Shown: positions 13,208 through 23,030, counted from the first letter of the stretch. The stretch: 64,000 nt of DNA from Candidatus Ghiorseimicrobium undicola (GCA_002796125.1 PCWA01000109.1:65347-129346), one strand, 5' to 3'. Program-made: numbers and translations. The notes: a model not told the origin generated them from the letters alone.

Positions 13208-15106
13208 TTATTTTTCTCCCGGTTTAATTTTGAAATCAGAAATCACTTCCCTTAAAAGCCTGCAGTAAAGATCGAAACCTATTGTATTTATATATCCATG
13301 CTGTTCTATGCCTAAAAGATTTCCCGCTCCCCTTATCATCAAATCCTCAAAAGCGATTTTAAATCCGGCGCCTAATCCACTATGGGTAGTTATGGCTTTA
13401 AGCCTTGCTTTTGCGTCACTGTTTAAAATATCCGGATTTGGCACAAGAAAAAAAGCATAAGCCTTGCGGTCAAATCTACCCACTCTACCCCGCAGCTGGT
13501 GTAAATCAGAGAGCCCAAAATTATCCGCATCATTTACGATCAGCGTGTTGGCGTTGGGGACATCTATGCCCGATTCTATAATCATAGTACAGACCAATAC
13601 ATCTATTTCTCCTTTTAGAAAACCAAGCATTACCTTCTCAAGCATCTTTGGAGGCATCTGTCCGTGAGCAACGCCTATCATAGAATTTTCCGGAGACAAT
13701 CTGCGTATTTTATCCGAAACTTCTTCGATATCCATAACACGATTATGAACAAAATACACCTGCCCTTTTCTCCTCAATTCATTGGATATCGCCTGCTTTA
13801 TCAATGCCTCATCAAACCGCATAACCCTTGTTTCAACAGGGATCCTGTTTAAGGGGGGCGTGTTTATGGTCGACATATCTTTAACCTGCATTACACTCAT
13901 ATATAAAGTCCTAGGTATGGGCGTCGCCGTTAAAGTCAGGACGTCCAGGGTAAGACGCAAGGCCTTTAATTTTTCCTTCGCTTTTACTCCAAAACGCTGT
14001 TCTTCATCTATTATCAGCAAACCTAAATCTTTAAAAACAACATCGCTGGAGAGAAGACGGTGAGTCCCTATAACTATATCCACTCTGCCCTCAGATATGC
14101 CTTTAATAATCTCATCCTGTTCATGCTTAGTCCTGAAGCGGGACAACATGGCTAAGTTTACGGGAAAATCCTTCAGGCGGCTATTTAAATTATGGAAATG
14201 CTGCTCTGCCAAAATAGTCGTCGGTACCAGAAAAGCCACCTGCCGGTTATCCATAACCGCCTTAAAAGCAGCCCGCATCGCCACCTCTGTTTTCCCATAT
14301 CCGACGTCTCCGCACAGAAGCCTATCCATGGGCCGTTCGCTCTCCATGTCCTTTTTTAGTTCCTGCATAGCCTGAATCTGGCCCGGGGTTTCTTTATATT
14401 TAAAAGTTGATTCGAAATCCTTCTGCCACTGGCAATCCCTGGAAAACTTGAATCCGGAAAAAGAACTTCTGGCTGCCTGAATACGTAAAAGCTCAAAAGC
14501 CATTTTTTGTATGCCTTTCTTGGTTTGAGACTTTACCCTCTGCCATTCTTTACTGCCTAGTTTATAGATTCTCGGAGAGCGCTTTTCTAAACCGATATAC
14601 TTCTGCACTAAATGCATAAAGCTATCCGGAACATATAACTTATCGCCTTCGGCATATTCTATTACCATATGATCACGCTTTAAGCCGTTAGACTCTATTT
14701 TTCTGATACCTAAAAATTTACCTATGCCGTATTGATTATGAACCACATAATCGCCGATGTGCAAATTTATGAAGTTTTCCAGCGGGTCATCTTCGCTAAA
14801 ATGGCGGAATCCGGCACTCTTGGGCTTGACATTTGGCAATACCATCACCAGCGTATGCTCAAAGATTAACTTACCGGAGAGAAAATCAAAACTATTAATG
14901 GAGGAAATTTTGTTTTCGTTTAATTCTATGCGTACGGGATAATCAAAAGTAGCAGGAAATATATCCAGAATCCCGCCCCTTAAAGCAAATTCCGCCTCAT
15001 CTCCTACTTTATCCTGCCGGGCATAACCAAACTCAGACAAAGATTTGATAAGTTTGTCTAAATCAATTTCTTCGTTCTTGTATAGTTTAATAGAACGGAA
15101 CTTCAT
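13208..15106 (-). CDS. mfd: Transcription-repair coupling factor Mfd, short form (632 aa)
   Basis: RGGILDIFP (D2), GDYVVH..YGIG (RID), GDVGYGKT, DEEQRFG, QLRGRVGR, RGAGNLLG (TRG). Confidence 0.93.
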   Translation of the reverse strand: MKFRSIKLYKNEEIDLDKLIKSLSEFGYARQDKVGDEAEFALRGGILDIFPATFDYPVRIELNENKISSINSFDFLSGKLIFEHTLVMVLPNVKPKSAGFRHFSEDDPLENFINLHIGDYVVHNQYGIGKFLGIRKIESNGLKRDHMVIEYAEGDKLYVPDSFMHLVQKYIGLEKRSPRIYKLGSKEWQRVKSQTKKGIQKMAFELLRIQAARSSFSGFKFSRDCQWQKDFESTFKYKETPGQIQAMQELKKDMESERPMDRLLCGDVGYGKTEVAMRAAFKAVMDNRQVAFLVPTTILAEQHFHNLNSRLKDFPVNLAMLSRFRTKHEQDEIIKGISEGRVDIVIGTHRLLSSDVVFKDLGLLIIDEEQRFGVKAKEKLKALRLTLDVLTLTATPIPRTLYMSVMQVKDMSTINTPPLNRIPVETRVMRFDEALIKQAISNELRRKGQVYFVHNRVMDIEEVSDKIRRLSPENSMIGVAHGQMPPKMLEKVMLGFLKGEIDVLVCTMIIESGIDVPNANTLIVNDADNFGLSDLHQLRGRVGRFDRKAYAFFLVPNPDILNSDAKARLKAITTHSGLGAGFKIAFEDLMIRGAGNLLGIEQHGYINTIGFDLYCRLLREVISDFKIKPGEK

Positions 15107-15128
15107 CTTTAATTTATTCGCATAATTC

Positions 15129-17321
15129 CTATCGTCGCCTTCTCTGCAAAACCAAAATTAAAGGAGAGGCAATAAAAATCGTAGAATATATGCCGGAGAT
15201 AAATCCGACCAGCAGGCTAAAGGCGAAATCATTCAATATTTCGCCTCCGAAAATAAACAGCGATATTACCACAAAAAGCGTAAGTACCGTAGTAAGCACT
15301 GTCCTGGTAAGTGTCTGGTTTACAGCCAGGTTTATCGCATCGCGCAATTTAACCTTACGGTTAAAGCGCATCAACTCTCTTATGCGGTCATAGATTACAA
15401 TCGTATCGTTTATAGAATAACCCGCTATGGTCAAAAGAGCGCTAACAATAAGTAAATCTACCGTGCGCGAGGTTAAAGCAAGAAAGCCTATAGTTACGAG
15501 CACGTCGTGGAAAAGCGCTACTATACCGGCAAATGCAAAATCAAAGTGCTTAAACCTGAAACCAATATATAAAAGAATCCCCGCCAAAGAATACAATAAA
15601 GCCAGAAGCGCCTTATCTTTAAGCTGTTTTCCCACCAACGGCCCTACATGCTCTATGCGTAATGCGTCTATTTTACTGGCAGGAAAACTATTCTTTAGGT
15701 TCTTCTCTACGGAAGCCGCCGCGTCTTCGTGAGTCCGTATAATAACCAGCTTTTGCGCTTTATCCTGCATGTTTTCTTTGGCACGCTGTATTATGGAACC
15801 TGAAAGGCCCGCCTCTTTCAAGCTATTACGTATATCTTCAACTGCCGGTACAGGATCCATCCGGTATTCCTGGATTTGGCCTCCCGCAAAATCTATGCCG
15901 TACATCTCCTGGCCTTTTGAAAAGAATATAAACAGGCCTAAAACAACCGTAAAAATTGAAAGAGTAAAAAATATTTTTCGCTTAGCGATAAAATCTATTT
16001 TAGTGTCCTTTATTAGCCCAAACATTGGGAGCTTCTTTATTGCCTTATTTAAAAGCAAGAGTTCAAAAATTACCCGCGTCACAACCACCGCAGTAAACAT
16101 GCTGGCAAGAAGGCCTATGGACAACGTCACGGCAAATCCTCTGATCGGGCCTGTACCAAACTGAAAAAGCAAAAACGCGGCAATAAGCGTCGTAATATTA
16201 GAATCGAATATCGCATTAAAAGCCTTACCGTATCCATTAGTTATTGCCATACGCAAAGGCCTGCCGAGCCTTAATTCTTCCTTTATGCGTTCATTTATCA
16301 GAACATTAGCGTCTACAGCCATACCTAAAGTAAGCACTATACCGGCAATACCCGGCAGGGTTAAAGTAGCGCCAAATATACCCAAGCCTGCCAAAATAAG
16401 TAAAAGGTTAAGCACCAGAGCTATATTGGCTATGATTCCGGGAAGTAAATAATAAACAGCCATAAACAAAAATACACAAACGGCGCCAAATATAGTAGCT
16501 GATATGCCCTTATTTACGGAATCCCGTCCCAAAAGCGGCCCGATTGTACGCTCTTCCTCAATTATAATCGGAGCTGGCAAGGCCCCAGTCTTAAGCTTTA
16601 TGGCAAGGCCCTTTGCTTCATCAGGGCTGAATCTTCCGGATATAACGCCCTTGCCTGAAGGTATGGGCTCGTTTATCCTAGGCGCCGAAAGAACTTTATC
16701 ATCGAGGACTATGGCAAGCCTGCCACCTACATTATTAGTTGTTATATCCGCGAATTTTTTAGCGCCTTCTGAATTAAATTCAATATTAACATACGGCTCA
16801 CCGAAACTGCTCTGATCAAACCCGACATTAGCTCCGACTAAAGTACTACCGGTTAAAACTGCTTCTTTTTCCAGGAGTACATTTTCCTGCGTCTTATCAA
16901 CTCGTCTTAACTCATAGCCTTCAGGTATATTACCTTTCAAAGCCTCGCTAAATTCCTGCATATTGGTATTGACAAGCTTAAATTCCAAAAGGGCGGTTTC
17001 ACCTATAAGCTTCAGCGCCGCCTCCCTGTCTGTAAGCCCGGGCAGCTGGACCACTATCTGGTTTTCTCCCTGAAGATGTATCGAAGGCTCGCTGACGCCA
17101 AATAAATCTATACGGTTACGTATTTTTTCTAATGCTCTTTCGGGAGCTTCTTTCTTCTGCTCTTTTGTAAGATTAGACATATCCACCCGCAAGACCAAAT
17201 GCATGCCGCCCTTTAAATCAAGGCCTAATTTTATGCGCTTACCCAAAGGAAAAGCATACCAACAGCTGGCCCCAATAACAGCCAGTATTAAAACCGCTTT
17301 TAAAAATATGTTTTTCTGCAT
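15129..17321 (-). CDS. secDF: Fused protein translocase subunit SecDF
   Basis: LGLDLKGG, GMAVDANVLINERIKEE, GIDFAGG, GYSINDTIVIYDRIRE; start at MQKNI after an AGGGGA SD. Confidence 0.96.
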   Translation of the reverse strand: MQKNIFLKAVLILAVIGASCWYAFPLGKRIKLGLDLKGGMHLVLRVDMSNLTKEQKKEAPERALEKIRNRIDLFGVSEPSIHLQGENQIVVQLPGLTDREAALKLIGETALLEFKLVNTNMQEFSEALKGNIPEGYELRRVDKTQENVLLEKEAVLTGSTLVGANVGFDQSSFGEPYVNIEFNSEGAKKFADITTNNVGGRLAIVLDDKVLSAPRINEPIPSGKGVISGRFSPDEAKGLAIKLKTGALPAPIIIEEERTIGPLLGRDSVNKGISATIFGAVCVFLFMAVYYLLPGIIANIALVLNLLLILAGLGIFGATLTLPGIAGIVLTLGMAVDANVLINERIKEELRLGRPLRMAITNGYGKAFNAIFDSNITTLIAAFLLFQFGTGPIRGFAVTLSIGLLASMFTAVVVTRVIFELLLLNKAIKKLPMFGLIKDTKIDFIAKRKIFFTLSIFTVVLGLFIFFSKGQEMYGIDFAGGQIQEYRMDPVPAVEDIRNSLKEAGLSGSIIQRAKENMQDKAQKLVIIRTHEDAAASVEKNLKNSFPASKIDALRIEHVGPLVGKQLKDKALLALLYSLAGILLYIGFRFKHFDFAFAGIVALFHDVLVTIGFLALTSRTVDLLIVSALLTIAGYSINDTIVIYDRIRELMRFNRKVKLRDAINLAVNQTLTRTVLTTVLTLFVVISLFIFGGEILNDFAFSLLVGFISGIYSTIFIASPLILVLQRRRR

Positions 17322-17385
17322 ACTCTCTATCCCCTTTGTCTCAAAAACCAAATTGTTTCATTTTAACGCCTATTATTAATACCTG

Positions 17386-17664
17386 CTACTCTAATTTTAG
17401 CAATCTGCCCACGGCATTTTTATCTATTTCTATCTTCACATTATCATCTATCCTAATGACTAATGTTTTCTCTTTAACATTAATAACCGTTGCATGAATG
17501 CCGCCCACAGTTACTATTTGATCATTTTTCTTTAAATTCGTTAGTGTTTTTTCATGTTCCTTTGATTTCGCTTTTTGCGGTTTGATAATCAAAAAATAGA
17601 AAATGAAGCATATGATAATAACCGGGACTATCTGCAGCAACGGATGCGGCATGGCCTGTGGCAT
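17386..17664 (-). CDS. yajC: Preprotein translocase subunit YajC
   Basis: FYFLIIKPQ, LKKNDQIVTVGGIHA; start at MPQAM after GAGGAGG. Confidence 0.94.
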   Translation of the reverse strand: MPQAMPHPLLQIVPVIIICFIFYFLIIKPQKAKSKEHEKTLTNLKKNDQIVTVGGIHATVINVKEKTLVIRIDDNVKIEIDKNAVGRLLKLE

Positions 17665-17699
17665 AACTACCTCCTCGTATAATATAAGCAATACATTGT

Positions 17700-17825
17700 T
17701 AAATCCCAAATTACAAATAACAAATCACAAACAATATACAATATCAAAATTTCAATTACCAAAACTTATAGTCAAGGCAGAGTTTTTGGATATTTGGTCA
17801 TTGGCATTTATAATTTGTGATTTTT
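17700..17825. repeat. Inverted heptamer array, (CAAATNN)n facing (TTGGTCA/TTGTGAT-like)n, no enclosed gene
   Basis: taaatcc caaatta caaataa caaatca caaacaa ... ggatatt tggtcat tggcat ttataat ttgtgat. Confidence 0.8.
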
Positions 17826-17848
17826 CATGTTATTACGCAAGAATAGCT

Positions 17849-18091
17849 TTATTTATATTTTTTAACTAAGCTTTTAACTGTCGGGCTCAACTTTGCCCCT
17901 TTAGATACCCAGTATTCTATTCTGTCTTTTTTTAAAGATACTACCTTCGGGTTCTTCATGGGGTCATAAATTCCTACCTGCTCTATTACGCGCGAATCTC
18001 TCGATTTCGCAGAATCAATCACATGCACCCTGAAAAATAATCTTTTTTTTGCCGATTTTCCCGGCCTTGCCAATCTTATTACCACTGCCAT
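17849..18091 (-). CDS. rpsP: 30S ribosomal protein S16
   Basis: MAVVIRLAR, IEQVGIYDP, YWVSKGAKLSPTV. Confidence 0.95.
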   Translation of the reverse strand: MAVVIRLARPGKSAKKRLFFRVHVIDSAKSRDSRVIEQVGIYDPMKNPKVVSLKKDRIEYWVSKGAKLSPTVKSLVKKYK

Positions 18092-18116
18092 TAAATTACC
18101 TCCTCTTATAACGCGG

Positions 18117-18165
18117 CGAATAACGAGTACCGAGATTTTTCTCTCTACTCGCTACCAGCCACTCT
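18117..18165. repeat. Short inverted heptamer array, (CGAGTAN)3 facing (CTACTCG-like)3-4
   Basis: cgaataa cgagtac cgagatt tttctct ctactcg ctaccag ccactct. Confidence 0.55.
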
Positions 18166-18171
18166 CTGTTT

Positions 18172-19668
18172 TTAAGTTAATGTTTCCATCTGTGCTTTTG
18201 CCTTATTTACGGTCTCCAGGTATTCCTTCTCCGGTTCGGAATCAGCTACAATCCCGGCACCCGCCTGAATATAAGCGGTCTTGCCCTTCATCACCACTGT
18301 CCGTATAGTTATACAGGTGTCTAAATTACCTGAAAGGCTAAAATAACCTACACACCCGGCATAGGGTCCGCGCGAGACATTTTCTAATTCGTCAATTATC
18401 TCCATGGCTCTGACTTTCGGCGCGCCGGAGACTGTGCCCGCCGGAAAAGTAGCCGGCACTATGTCAAAAACACTCCTGCCTGAATTAAGGCGGCCTTTCA
18501 CATTACTGACGATATGCATTACATGCGAGTATCTCTCTACTGTCATAAACTCGTCTACTTCTACACTGCCAAATTTACAAACCCTGCCTAAATCATTCCT
18601 GCCCAAATCTACGAGCATAAGGTGTTCGGCTCTTTCCTTTTTATCAGCCAATAAATCCTGCGAAAGCTTTAAATCCTCGCTTTTATTCCTACCGCGCGGC
18701 CTTGTGCCGGCGATCGGACGCATCTGCACAACGCTATTTTCACATCTTACAAACATCTCCGGCGATGAACCTGCCAAAGCAATATCATCAAAATTTAGAT
18801 AAAACATATACGGAGAAGGATTTATTGAACGCAGCCTCCTGTATATATCAAAATGGCTTCCCGATAAAGAAGCAGAAAACCTCTGGGATAAAACAACTTG
18901 AATAATTTCTCCTGCCTTAATATATTCTTTTGCCTTATAAACCATTTTTTTAAAAACAGCCCTGCCCAAATTGGATTTAAATTTTAGATGCCTGTTTGTT
19001 TGCTTGGGCATACTTTTCAAGGGTATATCCATTCTTAGGCTGCGCTCTAATTCATCTATTCTTTCGCATGTGAGCCGATAAATATTTTTTAGATTTTTAA
19101 CCGAAGGCTTCGTATGCGGCTTTATATAAGCGTTAACCATTATTTTAAGCCTATGACGGGCATGATCGAATATTATAATATTCTTAGCCAAAATAAAATA
19201 CATATCCGCCATTTTTAAATCGTCTTTAGGCATGTTTTTAGATAATTTTGGCTCAAAAAATCGTACCGTATCATAACCGATATAACCGACAAATCCTCCC
19301 GGAAACCTCGGCAGGCCTTTAACCTCATGCGACTTAAAATTCATCATCAGCTTCTTTAGTTCGGCCAATGGGCTTAAGTCAGCGGCAAAAATACGTTTTT
19401 TTAGCGATCCGCCAGCCTCATATTCGGTAATATAAACCTTCTTTTTTTTACTTTTAAATACAACCAAAGGATCGTTACCCAAAAATGAAAAACGCGCAAT
19501 CTTCTCTGCTCCCTCAACTGATTCAAGCAGATAAGAAAACTTCCCGTTATCTAATTTCAGATACGCGGAAATAGGCGTCTCAATATCAGCCATAATTTCC
19601 TTGTAAACAGCTATTATGTTACTGCTCCCTGCCAGCTTTATAAACTCTTTTTCACTTGGGTAAAACAT
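18172..19668 (-). CDS. trpE: Anthranilate synthase component I
   Basis: LLESVEG, NPSPYM, PIAGTRPRG, EHLMLVDLGRNDL, FPAGTVSGAPK. Confidence 0.95.
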   Translation of the reverse strand: MFYPSEKEFIKLAGSSNIIAVYKEIMADIETPISAYLKLDNGKFSYLLESVEGAEKIARFSFLGNDPLVVFKSKKKKVYITEYEAGGSLKKRIFAADLSPLAELKKLMMNFKSHEVKGLPRFPGGFVGYIGYDTVRFFEPKLSKNMPKDDLKMADMYFILAKNIIIFDHARHRLKIMVNAYIKPHTKPSVKNLKNIYRLTCERIDELERSLRMDIPLKSMPKQTNRHLKFKSNLGRAVFKKMVYKAKEYIKAGEIIQVVLSQRFSASLSGSHFDIYRRLRSINPSPYMFYLNFDDIALAGSSPEMFVRCENSVVQMRPIAGTRPRGRNKSEDLKLSQDLLADKKERAEHLMLVDLGRNDLGRVCKFGSVEVDEFMTVERYSHVMHIVSNVKGRLNSGRSVFDIVPATFPAGTVSGAPKVRAMEIIDELENVSRGPYAGCVGYFSLSGNLDTCITIRTVVMKGKTAYIQAGAGIVADSEPEKEYLETVNKAKAQMETLT

Positions 19669-19752
19669 ATTAAAATCTTGTTATGTATTAATCGGTTGCG
19701 TAGGTGGAAACGGTTTTCGTTATGCGCCTATCGGTAAAAAAATAATACAACC

Positions 19753-20139
19753 TTATTTTTTAAATGCCAACTCCCTGTAAAAACAAGACCTGTTGCCTGT
19801 ATGGCAGGCTACTCCAGCCTGCCGCACCTTTATCAATAACGCGTCATTATCGCAATCATAACTAATCGATTTAACAAATTGAAAATGTCCGGATGTTTCG
19901 CCTTTTACCCAAAATTTCTTTCGCGAGCGTGACCAAAAACAAGTTTTCCCTAAACGGATTGTCCTTTTAATAGATGCCTTATTCATATAAGCAACCATAA
20001 GCACGTCTTTATTTTTATAATCCTGCACTATTACGGGAATCAATCCTTTTTCATCAAATTTAAACTTTGGCAACTTAGCAGTGTTTTTTCTTTTGCCCTC
20101 TGCCTTTTCTTTTTTGTCTTTTATCTTTTGTCTTTTCAT
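19753..20139 (-). CDS. hisI: Phosphoribosyl-AMP cyclohydrolase with a heptamer-encoded Lys-rich N-terminus
   Basis: [30 protein letters not shown]. Confidence 0.96.
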   Translation of the reverse strand: MKRQKIKDKKEKAEGKRKNTAKLPKFKFDEKGLIPVIVQDYKNKDVLMVAYMNKASIKRTIRLGKTCFWSRSRKKFWVKGETSGHFQFVKSISYDCDNDALLIKVRQAGVACHTGNRSCFYRELAFKK

Positions 20140-20918
20140 ATCCTTATGCTGGCTCCTCGTTTTATTAAATAGTCCTTGACTTCTTTTACGGAAAACTCGC
20201 GATAATGGAATAAAGAAGCGGCCAGCGCCGCGTCTGCGCCGGCATCCGCCAATACTTCATAAAAATGCTCTAATCTTCCAGCCCCTCCTGAAGCAATGAC
20301 AGCTATATTGACCGCCCTGGAAACTGCCCGGGTTAATTCTGTATCGTAACCGTCCTTTGTACCGTCGCAATCCATGCTGGTTAATAAAACTTCGCCGGCA
20401 CCAAGGCCTTCGGCCTTCTTTACCCAATCTATAACATCTATGCCAGTAGACGTCCTCCCGCCATTTACATAAACTTCCCAATGTTTTGTATTATGTATTG
20501 GGTATTGCGTATTGGGTATTAATTTAGCGTCGATTGCCACCACGATACACTGGCTTCCAAAACGCTGAGATGTCTCTTTTATCAATCCGGGGTTTTTTAC
20601 TGCCGCCGTATTTATTGAAACTTTATCGGCCCCGGCATTAAGGAGCGCCCTTATATCATCAATATTGCGAACCCCTCCGCCGACGGTAAAAGGCATGAAT
20701 ATGCTTTCGGCTACTCTTTTGACTACATCCAAAATAATATCGCGTTTATCAGAACTTGCCGTAATGTCTAAAAAAACAAGCTCATCTGCTCCGGCCTTGT
20801 CATAATACACTGCATTTTCAACGGGGTCTCCGGCATCTTTCAAATCTTCAAATTTTACGCCTTTTACTACACGGCCGTCTTTAACATCTAAACAAGGTAT
20901 TATTCTTTTGGTCAACAT
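20136..20918 (-). CDS. hisF: Imidazole glycerol phosphate synthase cyclase subunit
   Basis: [34 protein letters not shown]. Confidence 0.98.
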   Translation of the reverse strand: MLTKRIIPCLDVKDGRVVKGVKFEDLKDAGDPVENAVYYDKAGADELVFLDITASSDKRDIILDVVKRVAESIFMPFTVGGGVRNIDDIRALLNAGADKVSINTAAVKNPGLIKETSQRFGSQCIVVAIDAKLIPNTQYPIHNTKHWEVYVNGGRTSTGIDVIDWVKKAEGLGAGEVLLTSMDCDGTKDGYDTELTRAVSRAVNIAVIASGGAGRLEHFYEVLADAGADAALAASLFHYREFSVKEVKDYLIKRGASIRI

Positions 20919-20921
20919 GCC

Positions 20922-21671
20922 TCAACCCGCCGCTTCCATGGCATCCTTAAGGCTGAATTTATTTTCATAAAGAGCCTTACCGATAATAATGCCGGCTAAT
21001 TCTTTGCCCTTTAAGCTTGAAAGCTCTTTTATATCATCTAAAGAAGAAATCCCGCCTGAGGCAATTAAATCAATATTTATCCTGTTTAGTATTTCCGCGA
21101 TTGCGGCTACATTAGGGCCTTGCAACGTTCCATCACGCGAAATATCCGTGTATATCAGCGTATTAAGACCCAACTGCTCCAATTCCAGAGCAAAAGACAA
21201 GGCATCAACTCCGGATATATCCGTCCATCCGCTTCCGGCAACCATACCGCCTCTTGCCGCGCCGTCATCGCCTATAACCCTTGCATCAATAGAAACTGCT
21301 ACGGCATCCTTGAATTCTGAAATAACCGACTTAATAAACTCTCTGTTTTCTAGCGCCTTAGTGCCCAAGACAACCCTCATCGCCCCCAAATCCAGCAGCC
21401 GCCCGATAGTTTCTTTATCGCGCACACCACCGCCAACCTCAAAAGGGATATTTATATTTTCGGCAATCTGCCTGATACATTCAAAATTCGCCAGTTTCCC
21501 GGAGAATGCACCGTCTAAATCAACAACGTGCAGGAATTCCGCACCTTCTTCCTGCCATCTTAAAGCGGCATCATGAGGCTTATCGGAATATTCCGTAACT
21601 TTATTGAAATCACCCTGCCAAAGCCTGACAGCTTTACCATCTTTTATATCAACCGCGGGAATTATCAGCAT
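20922..21671 (-). CDS. hisA: ProFAR isomerase
   Basis: IIPAVDIKDGKAVRL, HVVDLDGA, TDISRDGTLQG. Confidence 0.96.
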   Translation of the reverse strand: MLIIPAVDIKDGKAVRLWQGDFNKVTEYSDKPHDAALRWQEEGAEFLHVVDLDGAFSGKLANFECIRQIAENINIPFEVGGGVRDKETIGRLLDLGAMRVVLGTKALENREFIKSVISEFKDAVAVSIDARVIGDDGAARGGMVAGSGWTDISGVDALSFALELEQLGLNTLIYTDISRDGTLQGPNVAAIAEILNRINIDLIASGGISSLDDIKELSSLKGKELAGIIIGKALYENKFSLKDAMEAAG

Positions 21672-21680
21672 AGGCAACGA

Positions 21681-22304
21681 CTACAATTTAATAAAATTCT
21701 CCAATATTTTTAATCCTGCAGCCTGGCTCTTTTCCGGATGGAACTGTATGCCGAAAATATTATCTTTTGCGATAATAGAGGCGAACTTAAGTCCATAATC
21801 GGTTATAGCAACTACCACATCCTCATCGTCAGGCTTAACATAATACGAATGGCAAAAATATACATAAGAACCATCCGCTACATCTTTTAATATTTTTGCA
21901 TTTTGCGTTTTACTTTTCGCATTTATATCATTCCATCCTATATGCGGAACTTTTATTTTGGCTGATTTAAATTTCAGCACTTCGCCTTTAATTAATCCCA
22001 GGCCTTTGGCGCCCGGGCTTTCCTGACTCCGCTCGAGCAATAAATGCATCCCTAAACAGATACCTAAAAAAGGGGCCCCTTCCTGAATTTTAGCTTTTAA
22101 GGTTTCAAGTAATTTTCTCGCTTTTAATTCGGCTGCCGCCTCGCCGAAAGAGCCAACCCCCGGTAAAATAATCTTATCTGCATACTTTAGCTGTTCTGCT
22201 TCAGAAACAATTACGGCCTGGCTGCTGCCGCCAGCAAAACGGGCACAGGCATTCATAACGCTGCCTATGTTACCCATCCCATAATCAATAATAGCTATTC
22301 GCAC
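21681..22304 (-). CDS. hisH: Imidazole glycerol phosphate synthase glutaminase subunit
   Basis: IDYGMGN, LPGVG, GICLG, PHIGWN, QFHPEKS. Confidence 0.97.
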   Translation of the reverse strand: MRIAIIDYGMGNIGSVMNACARFAGGSSQAVIVSEAEQLKYADKIILPGVGSFGEAAAELKARKLLETLKAKIQEGAPFLGICLGMHLLLERSQESPGAKGLGLIKGEVLKFKSAKIKVPHIGWNDINAKSKTQNAKILKDVADGSYVYFCHSYYVKPDDEDVVVAITDYGLKFASIIAKDNIFGIQFHPEKSQAAGLKILENFIKL

Positions 22305-22307
22305 TTT

Positions 22308-22428
22308 ACCCCGTTAGAGATAGGCCGCCGAAGGCGGCCGTCTCTCCAAGCTAATTATACCGATAAACTTGTGCTTCCTTAATTATCAAATCCCCATTAA
22401 TTTAGTGAATCGCTATCTCTAACGGTGT
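22308..22428. mobile_element. MITE-like element with 16-bp terminal inverted repeats (one mismatch)
   Basis: ACCCCGTTAGAGATAG at 22308-22323 vs CTATCTCTAACGGTGT at 22413-22428; internal GGCCGCC-GAA-GGCGGCC hairpin. Confidence 0.7.
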
Positions 22429-23030
22429 TAATCGATTATGCCTTTAGTCGAAGGAACGCCTCTCCTGCGCGCTTCAATAGAGCTGGCTTGATCCAAGGCT
22501 AAACCCAAGGCCTTAAACACAGCCTCAAAAAGATGATGCGTGTCGACTTCCCCTTCTTTACTCAAATATTCAACGTATAAATTCATGCCGATATTTTTTG
22601 CCAAATTATCTAAAAACTCTTTTTTTAATTCATCAGAAGCCAAATCCAGATTTTCATTAATCTTTTTTACTTCAGCGGGCTCATCCCAAACAAAAGAATA
22701 CCTGCCTCCTAGATCAACAGAAACTCTTGCCAGTATCTCATCCATGGGTACCGAGGCATAACCGTAGCGTTTTATGCCGGAAGAATCACCTAAGGCCTTT
22801 CTAAAAGCCTTCCCTAAAACAATGGAAAGGTCTTCTACTATATGGTGCTGCAAATCTCCTTTTGCTGCCAACTCCAGGTCAAAAAAACCATGGAAAGAAA
22901 ATAGAGTCAATAAATGGTCTAAAGACTCAAAACCTGTGTTTATTTTACTCTTTCCTTTGCCGTCTAAAGCCAGGCTTCCTTTTATATTTACCTCATTTGT
23001 TATACGCTCTATTAAAGCTTCCCGTTTCAT
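22428..23030 (-). CDS. hisB: Imidazoleglycerol-phosphate dehydratase
   Basis: HHIVED, PMDE, DTHHLFEAVFKA, PSTKG. Confidence 0.95.
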   Translation of the reverse strand: MKREALIERITNEVNIKGSLALDGKGKSKINTGFESLDHLLTLFSFHGFFDLELAAKGDLQHHIVEDLSIVLGKAFRKALGDSSGIKRYGYASVPMDEILARVSVDLGGRYSFVWDEPAEVKKINENLDLASDELKKEFLDNLAKNIGMNLYVEYLSKEGEVDTHHLFEAVFKALGLALDQASSIEARRRGVPSTKGIID

